IMG/VR virus record: IMGVR_UViG_3300031760_000015
Span: 43,641-107,640 of that record
Direction: 5' to 3' (one strand)
Origin: a virus
Lineage: Duplodnaviria > Heunggongvirae > Uroviricota > Caudoviricetes
DNA: 64,000 nt
The translations under genes and the position numbers were made by a program. Positions 19,301 to 28,536 of the stretch are shown here, in pieces. Positions within the stretch are counted from its first letter, which is position 1, and each line of letters starts with the position of its first letter. The notes under the pieces were generated by a model. It was not told the DNA's origin. It saw only the letters and a list, made by a program, of their open reading frames with translations, and ran no database searches.

Positions 19301-20773
19301 ATGGCAAAAGGAAGTTATATAGGTCAGGTTAAAATTGGTAGTGATACGTATCCAGTTGGTTCTATATTATATGGTACTGCTTCATATGATACTACCAATA
19401 ATTATTGGACTGTTAATAATAATAATTTAACAACTGCTACTTTTACTGATAATAGTTTAACTACTGGTGTTACAATTCATATTAAATTTAATGCTATTAA
19501 TAATGCAGATACACCAAAATTAAAAGTAGGTGCTGCAACAGAAAAACCGATAGTTAAATATGGAACCACTAATGTAGGTAAAAGTGCGGCCACATCTTGG
19601 GTTACAGACTCAATAGTAAGTTTTACTTTTGATGGAACTAGTTGGGTAATGAATACCGGTATTGATAGTAATGATATGCGTACTCCTGCTTCTGACACAC
19701 CATCAGATGTTTCTACTGCCGCAGCTGTTGGTGTAAGCACTAAATACGCGCGTGAAGATCACGTTCACAATATTGCATTAGCTACTGGTGATTCTGCAGG
19801 ACAGGTAAAAATTGCTGGTTCTAATGTATCTGTTAATGGTTGGGCTGATAAAGCACCATTAGCATCTCCAGCACTAACTGGTACGCCAACCGCGCCAACA
19901 GCTGATGCGGGCACTAATAGTACACAAATCGCAACAACTGCTTTTGTAGCAACCGCAATTTCAAATTCTTTCGCAGCTAATGATGCAATGGTTTTTAAAG
20001 GTACATTAGGTACTAATGGCACTATTGATAAGGTTCCAACAAATGGGTATAGCGCTGGTGCAACTTATAAAATTATTACTGCTGGTACTTATGCAGGAAT
20101 GAATTGTGAAGTTGGCGATATGTTAATTGCTATAAAAGATGGTCCCGCAAGTGGAACTTCTGTTATAAATGCGGACTGGACAGTAGTCCAAACTAATATT
20201 GATGGTGCAGTTACTGGCCCATCTTCTTCTACCGCAAATCATTTTGCTTTATTTGATGGCACAACCGGTAAAGTTATAAAAGATAGTGGCATAAAACTTG
20301 ATACTTCTTCTTCTGGCTCTACTACAAAATGGTTAACAGAAAAAGGTACTTGGACAACACCAAGCTTGGCGGATATAGGCGCAGCAGCATCAGGCCATAC
20401 TCAAGCTGTAAATAAAGGTGGTACTAATATTACTTCTTATACAAAAGGCGATATATTGTATGCTTCTGATACAACCATTTTAACCAGATTAGGTATTGGA
20501 GACACAAATCAAGTCTTAAAAGCTACTACTAATGGCCCTGCTTGGAGTACGCCAAGTGTTTCTGTAACTAACAATAATGACGGTAGTGTAGTAACCGGTG
20601 TAGGATTTAACGAAGGAACACAACCAACCTTTACACAAGGTACTAAAGCTTCAGCTTCTGTTTCTGATGGAACTTTAATTATTACAAATCAAGGAACAGA
20701 TACATTTACTGAAGGCACTTATCCATCACTTGGTACTATTTCAAAAGCTAATTTAAGTATATCATTATCATAG
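19301..20773 (+). CDS. tail fibre-like protein
   Basis: S/T/G/A-rich beta-rich protein in fibre array. Confidence 0.5.
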   Translation: MAKGSYIGQVKIGSDTYPVGSILYGTASYDTTNNYWTVNNNNLTTATFTDNSLTTGVTIHIKFNAINNADTPKLKVGAATEKPIVKYGTTNVGKSAATSWVTDSIVSFTFDGTSWVMNTGIDSNDMRTPASDTPSDVSTAAAVGVSTKYAREDHVHNIALATGDSAGQVKIAGSNVSVNGWADKAPLASPALTGTPTAPTADAGTNSTQIATTAFVATAISNSFAANDAMVFKGTLGTNGTIDKVPTNGYSAGATYKIITAGTYAGMNCEVGDMLIAIKDGPASGTSVINADWTVVQTNIDGAVTGPSSSTANHFALFDGTTGKVIKDSGIKLDTSSSGSTTKWLTEKGTWTTPSLADIGAAASGHTQAVNKGGTNITSYTKGDILYASDTTILTRLGIGDTNQVLKATTNGPAWSTPSVSVTNNNDGSVVTGVGFNEGTQPTFTQGTKASASVSDGTLIITNQGTDTFTEGTYPSLGTISKANLSISLS

Positions 20774-20784
20774 GCGGTGATTAA

Positions 20785-22920
20785 ATGGCTCATATAAAAG
20801 ATGTAAAAATAGGTAATAATACTTATTTAATAGAGCCAACAGTATATGCGGCAACTGCTGGCACAGCATCAGCCATAACTGCCGCAGTAAATAATTTTGC
20901 TCTTGGCACCGGCGTAGTTGTCACTTTAAAAATCACTACCACTAATGCCGCGAACGCTACATTAAACGTAAATAGTACAGGAGTAAAAACTTTAAGATAT
21001 GGTAACGTTAATTTAGCTGCCGACGTATTAAAAGTTAATAGGTTTTATTCTTTTGTGTATGATGGAACATATTGGCAACTAATTGGTGAATTAGATACTA
21101 ATACTAATACTTGGCGTGGCATACAAGATAATTTAACTTCTAGTACTAATACAACTGAATCATTAAGCGCAAAACAGGGATATTTACTTGCGCATGGTAG
21201 CGCAAGAGATGAGACAAAAGTTCTAAAGAAAGGCGACACGATGTCGGGAAACTTGTACATACAAGCATCAGAAGCAGTTGTCTCAGTAAAAAGCACATCA
21301 ACCAACCCGCATGACCCGCAAGAACTACAATTGGGAAGCTGGCCCAGCGGGAGGCAAGGTCTATGGTCAATAGGCTATCAGGCAAACCCCCAATGGTTGA
21401 TCTATAGGGAAACCACAGGTGATGTGATTGTTAATGGCTCAGTTAATGGCAACGCAACAACAGCAACAGGATTAGTAGATGCAGGAGACGACACTCATAC
21501 AATAACGATTCAGTATAATAATTCGGGTTTTAGTGTCCCGGCTTCAAATTGGCTTCCAATGTATGACGATAGCGGCAATCTTGTGTGTGTATCCGCAGAA
21601 AATCTAGCAAATAAGATTCAGGAAAAAGCCAATGGTGCCTGGAATATCACTACGGCAGGTTCAGCTGTTATTACTGTGAAAGATACCTTTTGTGGGCATG
21701 CCCTTCAATTAGGAAGTTGGCACAATGGTACACAGGGCCTCTGGTCGTTGGGCTATTACACTGGTTCAAAGTATGAGGAAAATGGAAAATGGCTAATCTA
21801 CAGAAATACTTCCGGTAATGTAATCGTTAATGGCACGGCTTCTGAGAACGTGACAAAGACTGGCGACACGATGACGGGAAATTTAAATATACAAAAGTCA
21901 TCTAGTCCCCAAATTGTCCTTACAAATACAACTACAGGAATTAGTTTATATTTGGGGAATTGGGGGACTGACGTTGACAGTGGAATTCATGGTCTTTGGT
22001 CAACTGGCTATTGGGCTGGTTCTACTCTGACAACTAGTGGGAAATACATGATTTATCGGAATAATTCTGGTAATGTAATCGTTAATGGCTCAGCAACAGG
22101 ATTAATAGACGCGGGAAAAAGTGATCATATAATAACAATTAAATACTATAATTCCGGCACAAATGTCGCTGCAACAGATTGGCTTCCAATGTATTATGGT
22201 AATGGCGATCTTATATGTGTATCATCAAGCAACCTTGCAAGTAAACTTGCAAACGAACTTCCAACCCCAAACTCGGGGCAATGGTGGCCAGATTCAAGTG
22301 CATCGAAGCTTGTGCCAAAGATTAAAGATGACGGAGTTATGGAAATTGGAAGGTATATCGATTTTCATACAACAAAAAACACTCAAACAGATTATGATAT
22401 ACGTTTTGACGCAAAAGATGCTGATACTCTATTAATAACAAAATATAACTCAGGAAATCCTCTTAAAGCAACATTAGACGCTTATATACCTGCTGCTAAT
22501 ATTACTGGAACTTTGTCTGTTGATCATGGAGGAACTGGAGGAACTTTGCCTATTGGTTATGGAGGAACTGGAGCAACTGAAAAGTACGCAGCTTGTCGGA
22601 ATTTAATGGCAACTTCTTATCTTTCTCTTACTACGTCAACTGCAGGTACTAGAAGTACATTAAAAGATCAATTAACTAATCTTTTAATAGGATATTCAGC
22701 GACTTTTTACGCACAGAGTGACGTTATTTCTTTAATGAGTAATGGAAAACTTAGTGACGGTATTTATGGAATTATAGCTAGAACAGCAGCCAATAAATGG
22801 AGGATATTTGCTTTTTTAGCTGGTTCTATGTACACTTGGGGAATTGAAGGCATAGATATCACAGCTGATACTACAACTATTACTAATCTTTATAAATATA
22901 CTACTAGTACAACTCTATAA
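20785..22920 (+). CDS. tail fibre protein with phage-fibre repeats
   Basis: KKGDTMSGNL / KTGDTMTGNL ... WLIYRETTGDVIVNG repeats as in 11697 gene; repeated LPMYDDSGNLVCVS units. Confidence 0.6.
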   Translation: MAHIKDVKIGNNTYLIEPTVYAATAGTASAITAAVNNFALGTGVVVTLKITTTNAANATLNVNSTGVKTLRYGNVNLAADVLKVNRFYSFVYDGTYWQLIGELDTNTNTWRGIQDNLTSSTNTTESLSAKQGYLLAHGSARDETKVLKKGDTMSGNLYIQASEAVVSVKSTSTNPHDPQELQLGSWPSGRQGLWSIGYQANPQWLIYRETTGDVIVNGSVNGNATTATGLVDAGDDTHTITIQYNNSGFSVPASNWLPMYDDSGNLVCVSAENLANKIQEKANGAWNITTAGSAVITVKDTFCGHALQLGSWHNGTQGLWSLGYYTGSKYEENGKWLIYRNTSGNVIVNGTASENVTKTGDTMTGNLNIQKSSSPQIVLTNTTTGISLYLGNWGTDVDSGIHGLWSTGYWAGSTLTTSGKYMIYRNNSGNVIVNGSATGLIDAGKSDHIITIKYYNSGTNVAATDWLPMYYGNGDLICVSSSNLASKLANELPTPNSGQWWPDSSASKLVPKIKDDGVMEIGRYIDFHTTKNTQTDYDIRFDAKDADTLLITKYNSGNPLKATLDAYIPAANITGTLSVDHGGTGGTLPIGYGGTGATEKYAACRNLMATSYLSLTTSTAGTRSTLKDQLTNLLIGYSATFYAQSDVISLMSNGKLSDGIYGIIARTAANKWRIFAFLAGSMYTWGIEGIDITADTTTITNLYKYTTSTTL

Positions 22921-22938
22921 AATAGAGGAGGAAATATT

Positions 22939-23037
22939 ATGGGTTTTATTCATGAAAAATACTCAAATAATCAAGGTGGTCTTACCGATATTTGGTTGTC
23001 AAAAAACTATTCCCAAGGATGGAAATTAATTGATTAA
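22939..23037 (+). CDS. small hypothetical protein (32 aa)
   Basis: RBS GAGGAGG upstream. Confidence 0.3.
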   Translation: MGFIHEKYSNNQGGLTDIWLSKNYSQGWKLID

Positions 23038-23134
23038 TCGAAGTAAAAGCCAGAATAACGTGCTAATAAACTCACTTCTTTTAAGAAGCATAAGTCGCTA
23101 TTCTGGCTTATTACTCTTAAAAGGAAGTGAGTTT

Positions 23135-23332
23135 ATGGCACATATAATGACAAAACGTGGTTCACAAGATAATATTATTACTTACGAACATTATTGTGAT
23201 ACAATGGAAGACCGAGCAAAAATTGATCCTGATTATATTACTTTAGGTTCGACGTGTATTGTTGTAGAAGGAGAAAGTGGAGGTCTTGAAGCTTATGTGG
23301 CTAATAGCCGCAAAGAGTGGAAAGAAATCTAA
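23135..23332 (+). CDS. hypothetical protein
   Basis: ATG behind AAAAGGAAGTGA; track ORF trimmed. Confidence 0.4.
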   Translation: MAHIMTKRGSQDNIITYEHYCDTMEDRAKIDPDYITLGSTCIVVEGESGGLEAYVANSRKEWKEI

Positions 23333-23344
23333 AGGAGGTAACTT

Positions 23345-25270
23345 ATGGATATTTTAGACATTCTAATAGCCAAAAAGAAATCCTTTACAGGAGAAACGGA
23401 GAAATTAACTCGTCAAGCAAACGAGGCTATGTCAAAAGCTAATGAAGTCGCGGCAAAATTAGACCAGGCTGAAGAAGTTCTTACTGCCGCGCAAGAAGCA
23501 CAATCTGCGGCTCAGGAAGCGAACACTCGCGCACAAGAAATTGCTTCAAGTTTAGAAAATATGAAAGAAGAAGTAACTTCTGCCGCGGGCGAAGTAGTTG
23601 ATGAAAAAATCGCCCAATCTGTTTTTGCTTTACAATCTGATATAAATAACGCAGTTACTGATATAACAATAGAAGATGAAAATACTTCTTCTTATAAAAA
23701 TAAGAAAGCAAAAGTGCGGAAAAAAGGCATTTTAAATTCTTTTAATATCATAAAGAATTATACCTCTACAGGTTCAAATGAAGATGGAGGTATGACTCAA
23801 AAAGCAATAACAAATGCTTTAAACAATCAAAAGACTGATTTAGAAAATAAAATTAATAATATTCAAATTTCTGACGGTGGTTCTGGAAATATTTCAGGTA
23901 ATATTTCAGCCGCGGACGAAGGCTCTATTGTTTCCGTAGATGAAAATGGCAATATTATTCCAAGTTCTATTACCGAAGCAGATGTTATTTTAACACAAAT
24001 TATTTCTGGAACTTATAAAAATAATAACATAGTTGGTCTTGAATTAGATTATGCTAATAAAACTTTTACTCGCTTACAAGGAGCAAAAGATTTAACTGCA
24101 GGTCAAGATTTTGATAAGTTTAAAATGTATGGCGGTCGCAAACGCTGTGTAGTAGATAGAGAAGGAAATATTCAACAATTTTTAACTGGAGAAGAAGACC
24201 CAGATACATTAATTAATCAACGTATTATGGTTTATCAACCAGCTTTCTATTATCTACGAGTTCCGCTATCTGTTTCTAAAGTTTCTAATGGCTTTAAAAT
24301 TAATAAAGAACAAATATATTTAGCTGACCAAAAATATGCTGGTTTTATTTTACATCCATTATTTAGAAATGAAGAAGGAAAGGCTTTACGTTATGTTTTA
24401 TTACCAGCTTTTGAAAGTGGAACTTATCGTGTAAATTCTAATTCTTATGAATTAAATGATTCTCAGAATGTTGATTTAGAAAATGATTGTTTAGTCTCTA
24501 TTATCAATACTAAACCAATTAGTGGCCAATCTCAAGAATTTACTTCTGCCGCGGCAAAACGTATGTGTGAAAATAATGGTGTTGGCTGGAAGATGACAAA
24601 TCTTGAATTTGAATCTGCTAATCAAATGTTAATGATGATTGAATATGGACAACCAAATATCCAATCTGCTTTTAATATAGGTATAACCAAATTATCTGCA
24701 ACTGTAGGACTAAATTATGCTTGTAATACTGGTTCTACTTTATCTTTAGGAAATAATTCTGGTCAAGCAGTTGCTACAATAAATATTCGTAATGGCAATT
24801 CTTCTACATATACTACTACAGGACAATGTGCTATCTCTTATAGAGGTATGGAAAATCCATTCGGTAATATGTGGAGATTTATTGACGGTATATCTATTAT
24901 AAATAATGTTGTAACTTATAAAGATAAAATTATAGACTTTAAATTAGCTTCTCAAGAAAATTGGATTAATGCTTTTGGTTATGATAAAAATCATCTTTGG
25001 GTGTTTTTACCAATAGACGCTTCTTCTAGCGCAAATAGTAATCTTCCAATTGGAGATTATTATTATCCTCCAGTATCTGAAAATGTTGAATATGAAGGAG
25101 TAATTGGCGGCCACTCTGTCTCTAACGCAAACGCAGGAATTTTTTATTATGGTTTTAACATTGAAAAGAATTTCCATTTCCAGCACGATACTGCGCGAGT
25201 AATGTATATTCCAACTCCAAATACTTTAATTGATAATCATAATTATAATTTATGGTATGAGGTGGTTTAA
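23345..25270 (+). CDS. tail protein with N-terminal coiled-coil (possible fibre/spike)
   Basis: heptad-rich N-terminus (AQEAQSAAQEANTRAQEIASSLENMKEE), beta-rich C-terminal two-thirds. Confidence 0.5.
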   Translation: MDILDILIAKKKSFTGETEKLTRQANEAMSKANEVAAKLDQAEEVLTAAQEAQSAAQEANTRAQEIASSLENMKEEVTSAAGEVVDEKIAQSVFALQSDINNAVTDITIEDENTSSYKNKKAKVRKKGILNSFNIIKNYTSTGSNEDGGMTQKAITNALNNQKTDLENKINNIQISDGGSGNISGNISAADEGSIVSVDENGNIIPSSITEADVILTQIISGTYKNNNIVGLELDYANKTFTRLQGAKDLTAGQDFDKFKMYGGRKRCVVDREGNIQQFLTGEEDPDTLINQRIMVYQPAFYYLRVPLSVSKVSNGFKINKEQIYLADQKYAGFILHPLFRNEEGKALRYVLLPAFESGTYRVNSNSYELNDSQNVDLENDCLVSIINTKPISGQSQEFTSAAAKRMCENNGVGWKMTNLEFESANQMLMMIEYGQPNIQSAFNIGITKLSATVGLNYACNTGSTLSLGNNSGQAVATINIRNGNSSTYTTTGQCAISYRGMENPFGNMWRFIDGISIINNVVTYKDKIIDFKLASQENWINAFGYDKNHLWVFLPIDASSSANSNLPIGDYYYPPVSENVEYEGVIGGHSVSNANAGIFYYGFNIEKNFHFQHDTARVMYIPTPNTLIDNHNYNLWYEVV

Positions 25271-25525
25271 ATGAAAATTTATGAGCATACTTATTCTATG
25301 AATAAGCCACCAGAAATTGAAACTACTTCTACAAAAGTTTTTGTTTCAACTGACATCAAAGAAATGCCTATAGAAGTAGAAGAAAATACTGTTAATTGTT
25401 TTTGTTATACTTTAGTAGAGTATGATAAAGATGAATATTTAGATATTCTTTTTAAACAACAAACAGATATTACTGCATTACAAGAAGAACTTCAAGCCGC
25501 AAAAATTTTATTGGGGGTAGAATAA
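25271..25525 (+). CDS. hypothetical protein
   Basis: ORF track, translational coupling. Confidence 0.45.
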   Translation: MKIYEHTYSMNKPPEIETTSTKVFVSTDIKEMPIEVEENTVNCFCYTLVEYDKDEYLDILFKQQTDITALQEELQAAKILLGVE

Positions 25526-25526
25526 T

Positions 25527-25928
25527 ATGGGAAAATTAGTTGATTTAGCAATCAAACTTCGCCCATATATTGAAAAAGCTGCTGCAAATTTAAATGATAC
25601 AGATGCACTTGAAGCAATTCAATTATTTCCTAAATGGGAGCCTAATATTAAATATGAGAAAGACGATAGAGTAAGATATGAAAGTATTTTATATCGTTGC
25701 TTACAACCACATAATTCTCAAGAATCTTGGACTCCACTCGCGGCCGCAAGCCTATGGGCTAAAGTTTTAATTCCAGATGAAAATGTTATTCCAGATTGGG
25801 AACAACCTGATAGCACAAATCCATACCAAATTGGAGATAAAGTAAGATTTGAAAATAAAATTTATGAATCTGTTATAGCAAATAATATTTGGGCTCCAAA
25901 TGTTTATGGGTGGAAAGAGGTACTATAA
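25527..25928 (+). CDS. carbohydrate-binding protein with two CBM5/12-like domains
   Basis: YEKDDRVRYESILYRCLQPHNSQESWTPLAAASLWAKV matches CBM5/12 chitin-binding signature (Y..GD.V.Y.G..Y.C.Q.HTS..W.P...ALW). Confidence 0.55.
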   Translation: MGKLVDLAIKLRPYIEKAAANLNDTDALEAIQLFPKWEPNIKYEKDDRVRYESILYRCLQPHNSQESWTPLAAASLWAKVLIPDENVIPDWEQPDSTNPYQIGDKVRFENKIYESVIANNIWAPNVYGWKEVL

Positions 25929-26626
25929 TGAATAATTATAAAGTTTATTGTCATACATCACCAAACGGAAAGCGGTATGTTGGAATTAGTAATAATCCAG
26001 AAAAAAGATGGAATAATGGCAAAGGATATATTAAAAATTATTTATTTTATCGAGCAATAGAAAAATATGGTTGGAATAATTTTAATCACGAAATTTTATA
26101 TGATAATTTGTCTATAGAAGAAGCCGGAGCGATTGAACAAGAATTAATCCAAAAATGGAATTTAATGAACCCAAATTTTGGATATAATTTACGAGAAGGA
26201 GGAAATGGTAAATTTTCTGATTATTCTCGTTATTTGATGTCTAAAAATCGTAAAGGTAATACTAATTCCGTGGGCCAATATCATTCATTAGAAAATCGTA
26301 AACAAATTTCTGAATCATTAAAAAAATATTATAAAGAGCATCCTGTTCAAAAATTAGATATGACTGATAATAAAGAATATCAAAAAATTATAGCAAAACG
26401 AAAAGAACTTACTCATCAGAAACTTTCATTAGCTACTAGTGGTGCAAATAATCCTAGTGCTCGTCCTATAAGACAGCTAGATAAAGAAGGTAATTTAATA
26501 GAAGAATTTGCATATGCCACTTTAGCTGCGAAAAAATATAATATTGATTTATCTAGTATTATTAAATATTGTAGAGGTAAACAAAAAACTTGTGGTGGAT
26601 ATAAATGGGAATATGTTAATATTTGA
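25928..26626 (+). CDS. GIY-YIG homing endonuclease with NUMOD-like DNA-binding C-terminus
   Basis: YKVYCHTSPNGKRYVGIS...YRAIEKYG...NLREGG; C-terminal ...RGKQKTCGGYKWEY; start set to ATG 25928 (RBS GAGG). Confidence 0.7.
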   Translation: MNNYKVYCHTSPNGKRYVGISNNPEKRWNNGKGYIKNYLFYRAIEKYGWNNFNHEILYDNLSIEEAGAIEQELIQKWNLMNPNFGYNLREGGNGKFSDYSRYLMSKNRKGNTNSVGQYHSLENRKQISESLKKYYKEHPVQKLDMTDNKEYQKIIAKRKELTHQKLSLATSGANNPSARPIRQLDKEGNLIEEFAYATLAAKKYNIDLSSIIKYCRGKQKTCGGYKWEYVNI

Positions 26627-26651
26627 CTTCAATATAATTTTATGATATAAT
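26623..26651 (+). promoter_or_regulatory. sigma-A-type promoter TTGACT-N17-TATAAT
   Basis: -35 26623-26628, TG-extended -10 26646-26651. Confidence 0.5.
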
Positions 26652-26716
26652 AAATATATCAAAGGGAGAAAGGAATTCCTTTGAAATATAATTAAAATAT
26701 AAGGAGAGGAACTTAT

Positions 26717-27070
26717 ATGAAATTTTATTCAGATGTAACAAAGCAATTTTATGACACTGAGAAGGCTTGTTTAGAAGCTGAGTTTAAGGTAAAGGAAAAG
26801 CAAAATCGAGAAAAGATTTTACGTGAAAAGGCTGAACGCGAAGCTAAGGAAAAGCAAGAAGCTCTTGCTGCTGAACGTAAGACTCGCGCGCAGGAAGTAG
26901 AGGATGCTCGTAAAGCTATGGTAACAGCACAACATAAGTATAGTGAATTACTTGAGGTTTTCTGTAAAGATTATGGAACTTTTCATCAAACTCTAACTGG
27001 TGAAGATGCCAAGGGTATTATTCCTACTCTATTTGATATTTTCAATCCTTTATTCTTTGACTTTAAGTAA
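26717..27070 (+). CDS. coiled-coil K/E-rich hypothetical protein
   Basis: ORF track, RBS AAGGAGAGG. Confidence 0.5.
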   Translation: MKFYSDVTKQFYDTEKACLEAEFKVKEKQNREKILREKAEREAKEKQEALAAERKTRAQEVEDARKAMVTAQHKYSELLEVFCKDYGTFHQTLTGEDAKGIIPTLFDIFNPLFFDFK

Positions 27071-27121
27071 AAAATCTGGTATAATATTTATGTAAGGTTG
27101 AGGGAATACCTCACCTTATAG

Positions 27122-27194
27122 GTCATCATAGTTCAGTTGGTAGAACACTTCATTGGTAATGAAGAGGTCCCGAGTCCGATTCTCGGTGGTGGCT
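27122..27194 (+). tRNA. tRNA-Thr(GGT)
   Basis: hand-folded cloverleaf; anticodon loop TTGGTAA; T-loop TCCGATT. Confidence 0.55.
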
Positions 27195-27198
27195 CTTA

Positions 27199-27376
27199 TA
27201 GACCTGTAACAGCAATATAAAATTGGACTGTAAATCCCGAAAGATTGTGGGTTCGACTCCCACTCAGCCCCACCATTTATATGGGGCTGTGGCGCAACGG
27301 TTGACGCACGTGAAAAATTGGGTCTAGCATGTGCTGTAACGGGGAGAGGAGCACATTAATATCCCCTTTCCACCAT
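27199..27376 (+). ncRNA. E1: YACAGCAAU-motif element containing a circularly permuted tRNA-like core (T-arm + 3' acceptor CAGCCCC-A-CCA, 7-nt spacer, 5' acceptor GGGGCTG + D-arm) followed by two long hairpins
   Basis: motif TGTAACAGCAAT 27206-27216; T-arm 27247-27263; acceptor halves 27265-27271 and 27283-27289 perfectly complementary; CTGTAAC repeated at 27204 and 27344. Confidence 0.5.
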
Positions 27377-27450
27377 CGGAATGTAGCACAGTTGGTTAGT
27401 GCAATGGTCCGATAAACCAGAGATCGTTGGTTCAAATCCAACCATTCCGA
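27377..27450 (+). tRNA. tRNA-Ile(GAT)
   Basis: acceptor CGGAATG/CATTCCG, D-arm GCAC..GTGC, anticodon loop CCGATAA, T-arm GTTGGTTCAAATCCAAC. Confidence 0.7.
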
Positions 27451-27663
27451 CTTAGTATCAAATCCATCCGATATGGCTGTGGCTACAAGGTGCAGAAGGA
27501 TGGCGGTTGTCTAACGCCTATATGAGTTGAAACGATATATACTATATAGGATGAAATAAAGCAAAAAGCAAGAGAGTTAGAACACGTTAGTTTTACTGAT
27601 ATGAAAATGTAGCTGTGCTACCAGTGGCGCATACCGACATAACTTATGGACACTGGTTTATAA

Positions 27664-27737
27664 GCAGGTATAGTATAGTGGTAATACGGCTGCTTGCCAA
27701 GCAGCAATCACGGGTTCGAATCCCGTTACTTGCTCCA
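27664..27737 (+). tRNA. tRNA-Gly(GCC)
   Basis: anticodon arm GCTGC-TTGCCAA-GCAGC, T-arm ACGGGTTCGAATCCCGT, encoded CCA. Confidence 0.7.
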
Positions 27738-27850
27738 AATAAGGCTATACAGGGTTACGACTCGCGTATAGGATACCAAAAGGTAGCGCGGCGTGTGAAG
27801 AACACGTACTTTCTCGTTGGATTAGGTTGCTAATCTAACGAGAAGAATAT

Positions 27851-27926
27851 GGCCAGGTAGCTTAAAGGGTGAGAGCAACGGACTGAAAATCCGTAGAGGG
27901 TGGCTCGACTCCACCCCTGGCCACCA
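27851..27926 (+). tRNA. tRNA-Phe(GAA)
   Basis: acceptor GGCCAGG/CCTGGCC, anticodon loop CTGAAAA, encoded CCA. Confidence 0.7.
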
Positions 27927-27929
27927 TAT

Positions 27930-28001
27930 GGGTTTCTGGCGTAATGGTAGCGTAGCAGATTCTTAATCTGTCTGGTCAGGGTTCGAATCCCTGGAGACCT
28001 A
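27930..28001 (+). tRNA. tRNA-Lys(CTT), imperfect D-stem
   Basis: anticodon arm GCAGA-TTCTTAA-TCTGT, T-arm CAGGGTTCGAATCCCTG. Confidence 0.5.
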
Positions 28002-28004
28002 TTT

Positions 28005-28114
28005 TAAGACAGTTACAGCAAATTCAATTAGATTATTAGTATAGTGGATAATACATTAAACTTCCAATTTAAAAATCGTCAGTTCGACTCTGACATAATC
28101 GAAAAAACTGTCTT
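28005..28114 (+). ncRNA. E2: long-range 9-bp stem (AAGACAGTT/AACTGTCTT) + ACAGCAAATT motif enclosing an intact tRNA-Gly(TCC)
   Basis: stem strands 28005-28013 and 28106-28114; motif 28014-28023. Confidence 0.55.
28030..28102 (+). tRNA. tRNA-Gly(TCC)
   Basis: D-arm GTAT..ATAC, anticodon arm TTAAA-CTTCCAA-TTTAA, T-arm GTCAGTTCGACTCTGAC; 1-72 A/G mismatch. Confidence 0.55.
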
Positions 28115-28122
28115 GTTATTAT

Positions 28123-28194
28123 GCCGGTATAGTTTAACGGATAGAACATGAAACTTCTAATTTCAATGTCGAGGTTCAATTCCTCGTACCGGTG
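28123..28194 (+). tRNA. tRNA-Arg(TCT)
   Basis: anticodon arm TGAAA-CTTCTAA-TTTCA, T-arm CGAGGTTCAATTCCTCG. Confidence 0.65.
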
Positions 28195-28215
28195 CTTTAT
28201 TAAAAGGAGCTTAAT

Positions 28216-28341
28216 ATGATTTATTGTTATGAGTGTATTTTTTATGATTCTGAATGGGAAAGATGCCTTGAAAAAAATTTTCAATGTAAAATTAATCCAG
28301 AGGAGCATAAAAATTGCCCTTATAGGGAACATTGGAATTAA
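28216..28341 (+). CDS. small Cys-rich protein (41 aa, CYEC ... C..C) embedded in tRNA cluster
   Basis: RBS AAAAGGAG 9 nt upstream; below track cutoff. Confidence 0.35.
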   Translation: MIYCYECIFYDSEWERCLEKNFQCKINPEEHKNCPYREHWN

Positions 28342-28344
28342 TAT

Positions 28345-28434
28345 GCGGGTTTACTCAAGTCTGGTGAAGAGGTCTGATTCGAAATCAGATAGGATGTAAA
28401 AGTCGCAAGGGTTCAAATCCCTTAGCCCGCGCCA
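28345..28434 (+). tRNA. tRNA-Ser(CGA), type II
   Basis: anticodon arm TCTGA-TTCGAAA-TCAGA, long variable arm, T-arm AGGGTTCAAATCCCT, CCA. Confidence 0.65.
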
Positions 28435-28441
28435 TTAATAT

Positions 28442-28529
28442 GTAGGGTTGACCGAGAGGCTGATGGTGCTCGCCTGGAAAGCGAGTTGTCTGAAATATTG
28501 GCACACAGGTTCAAATCCTGTACCCTACG
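28442..28529 (+). tRNA. tRNA-Ser(GGA), type II
   Basis: acceptor GTAGGGT/ACCCTAC, anticodon arm CTCGC-CTGGAAA-GCGAG, T-arm ACAGGTTCAAATCCTGT. Confidence 0.65.
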
Positions 28530-28536
28530 CTTATAG

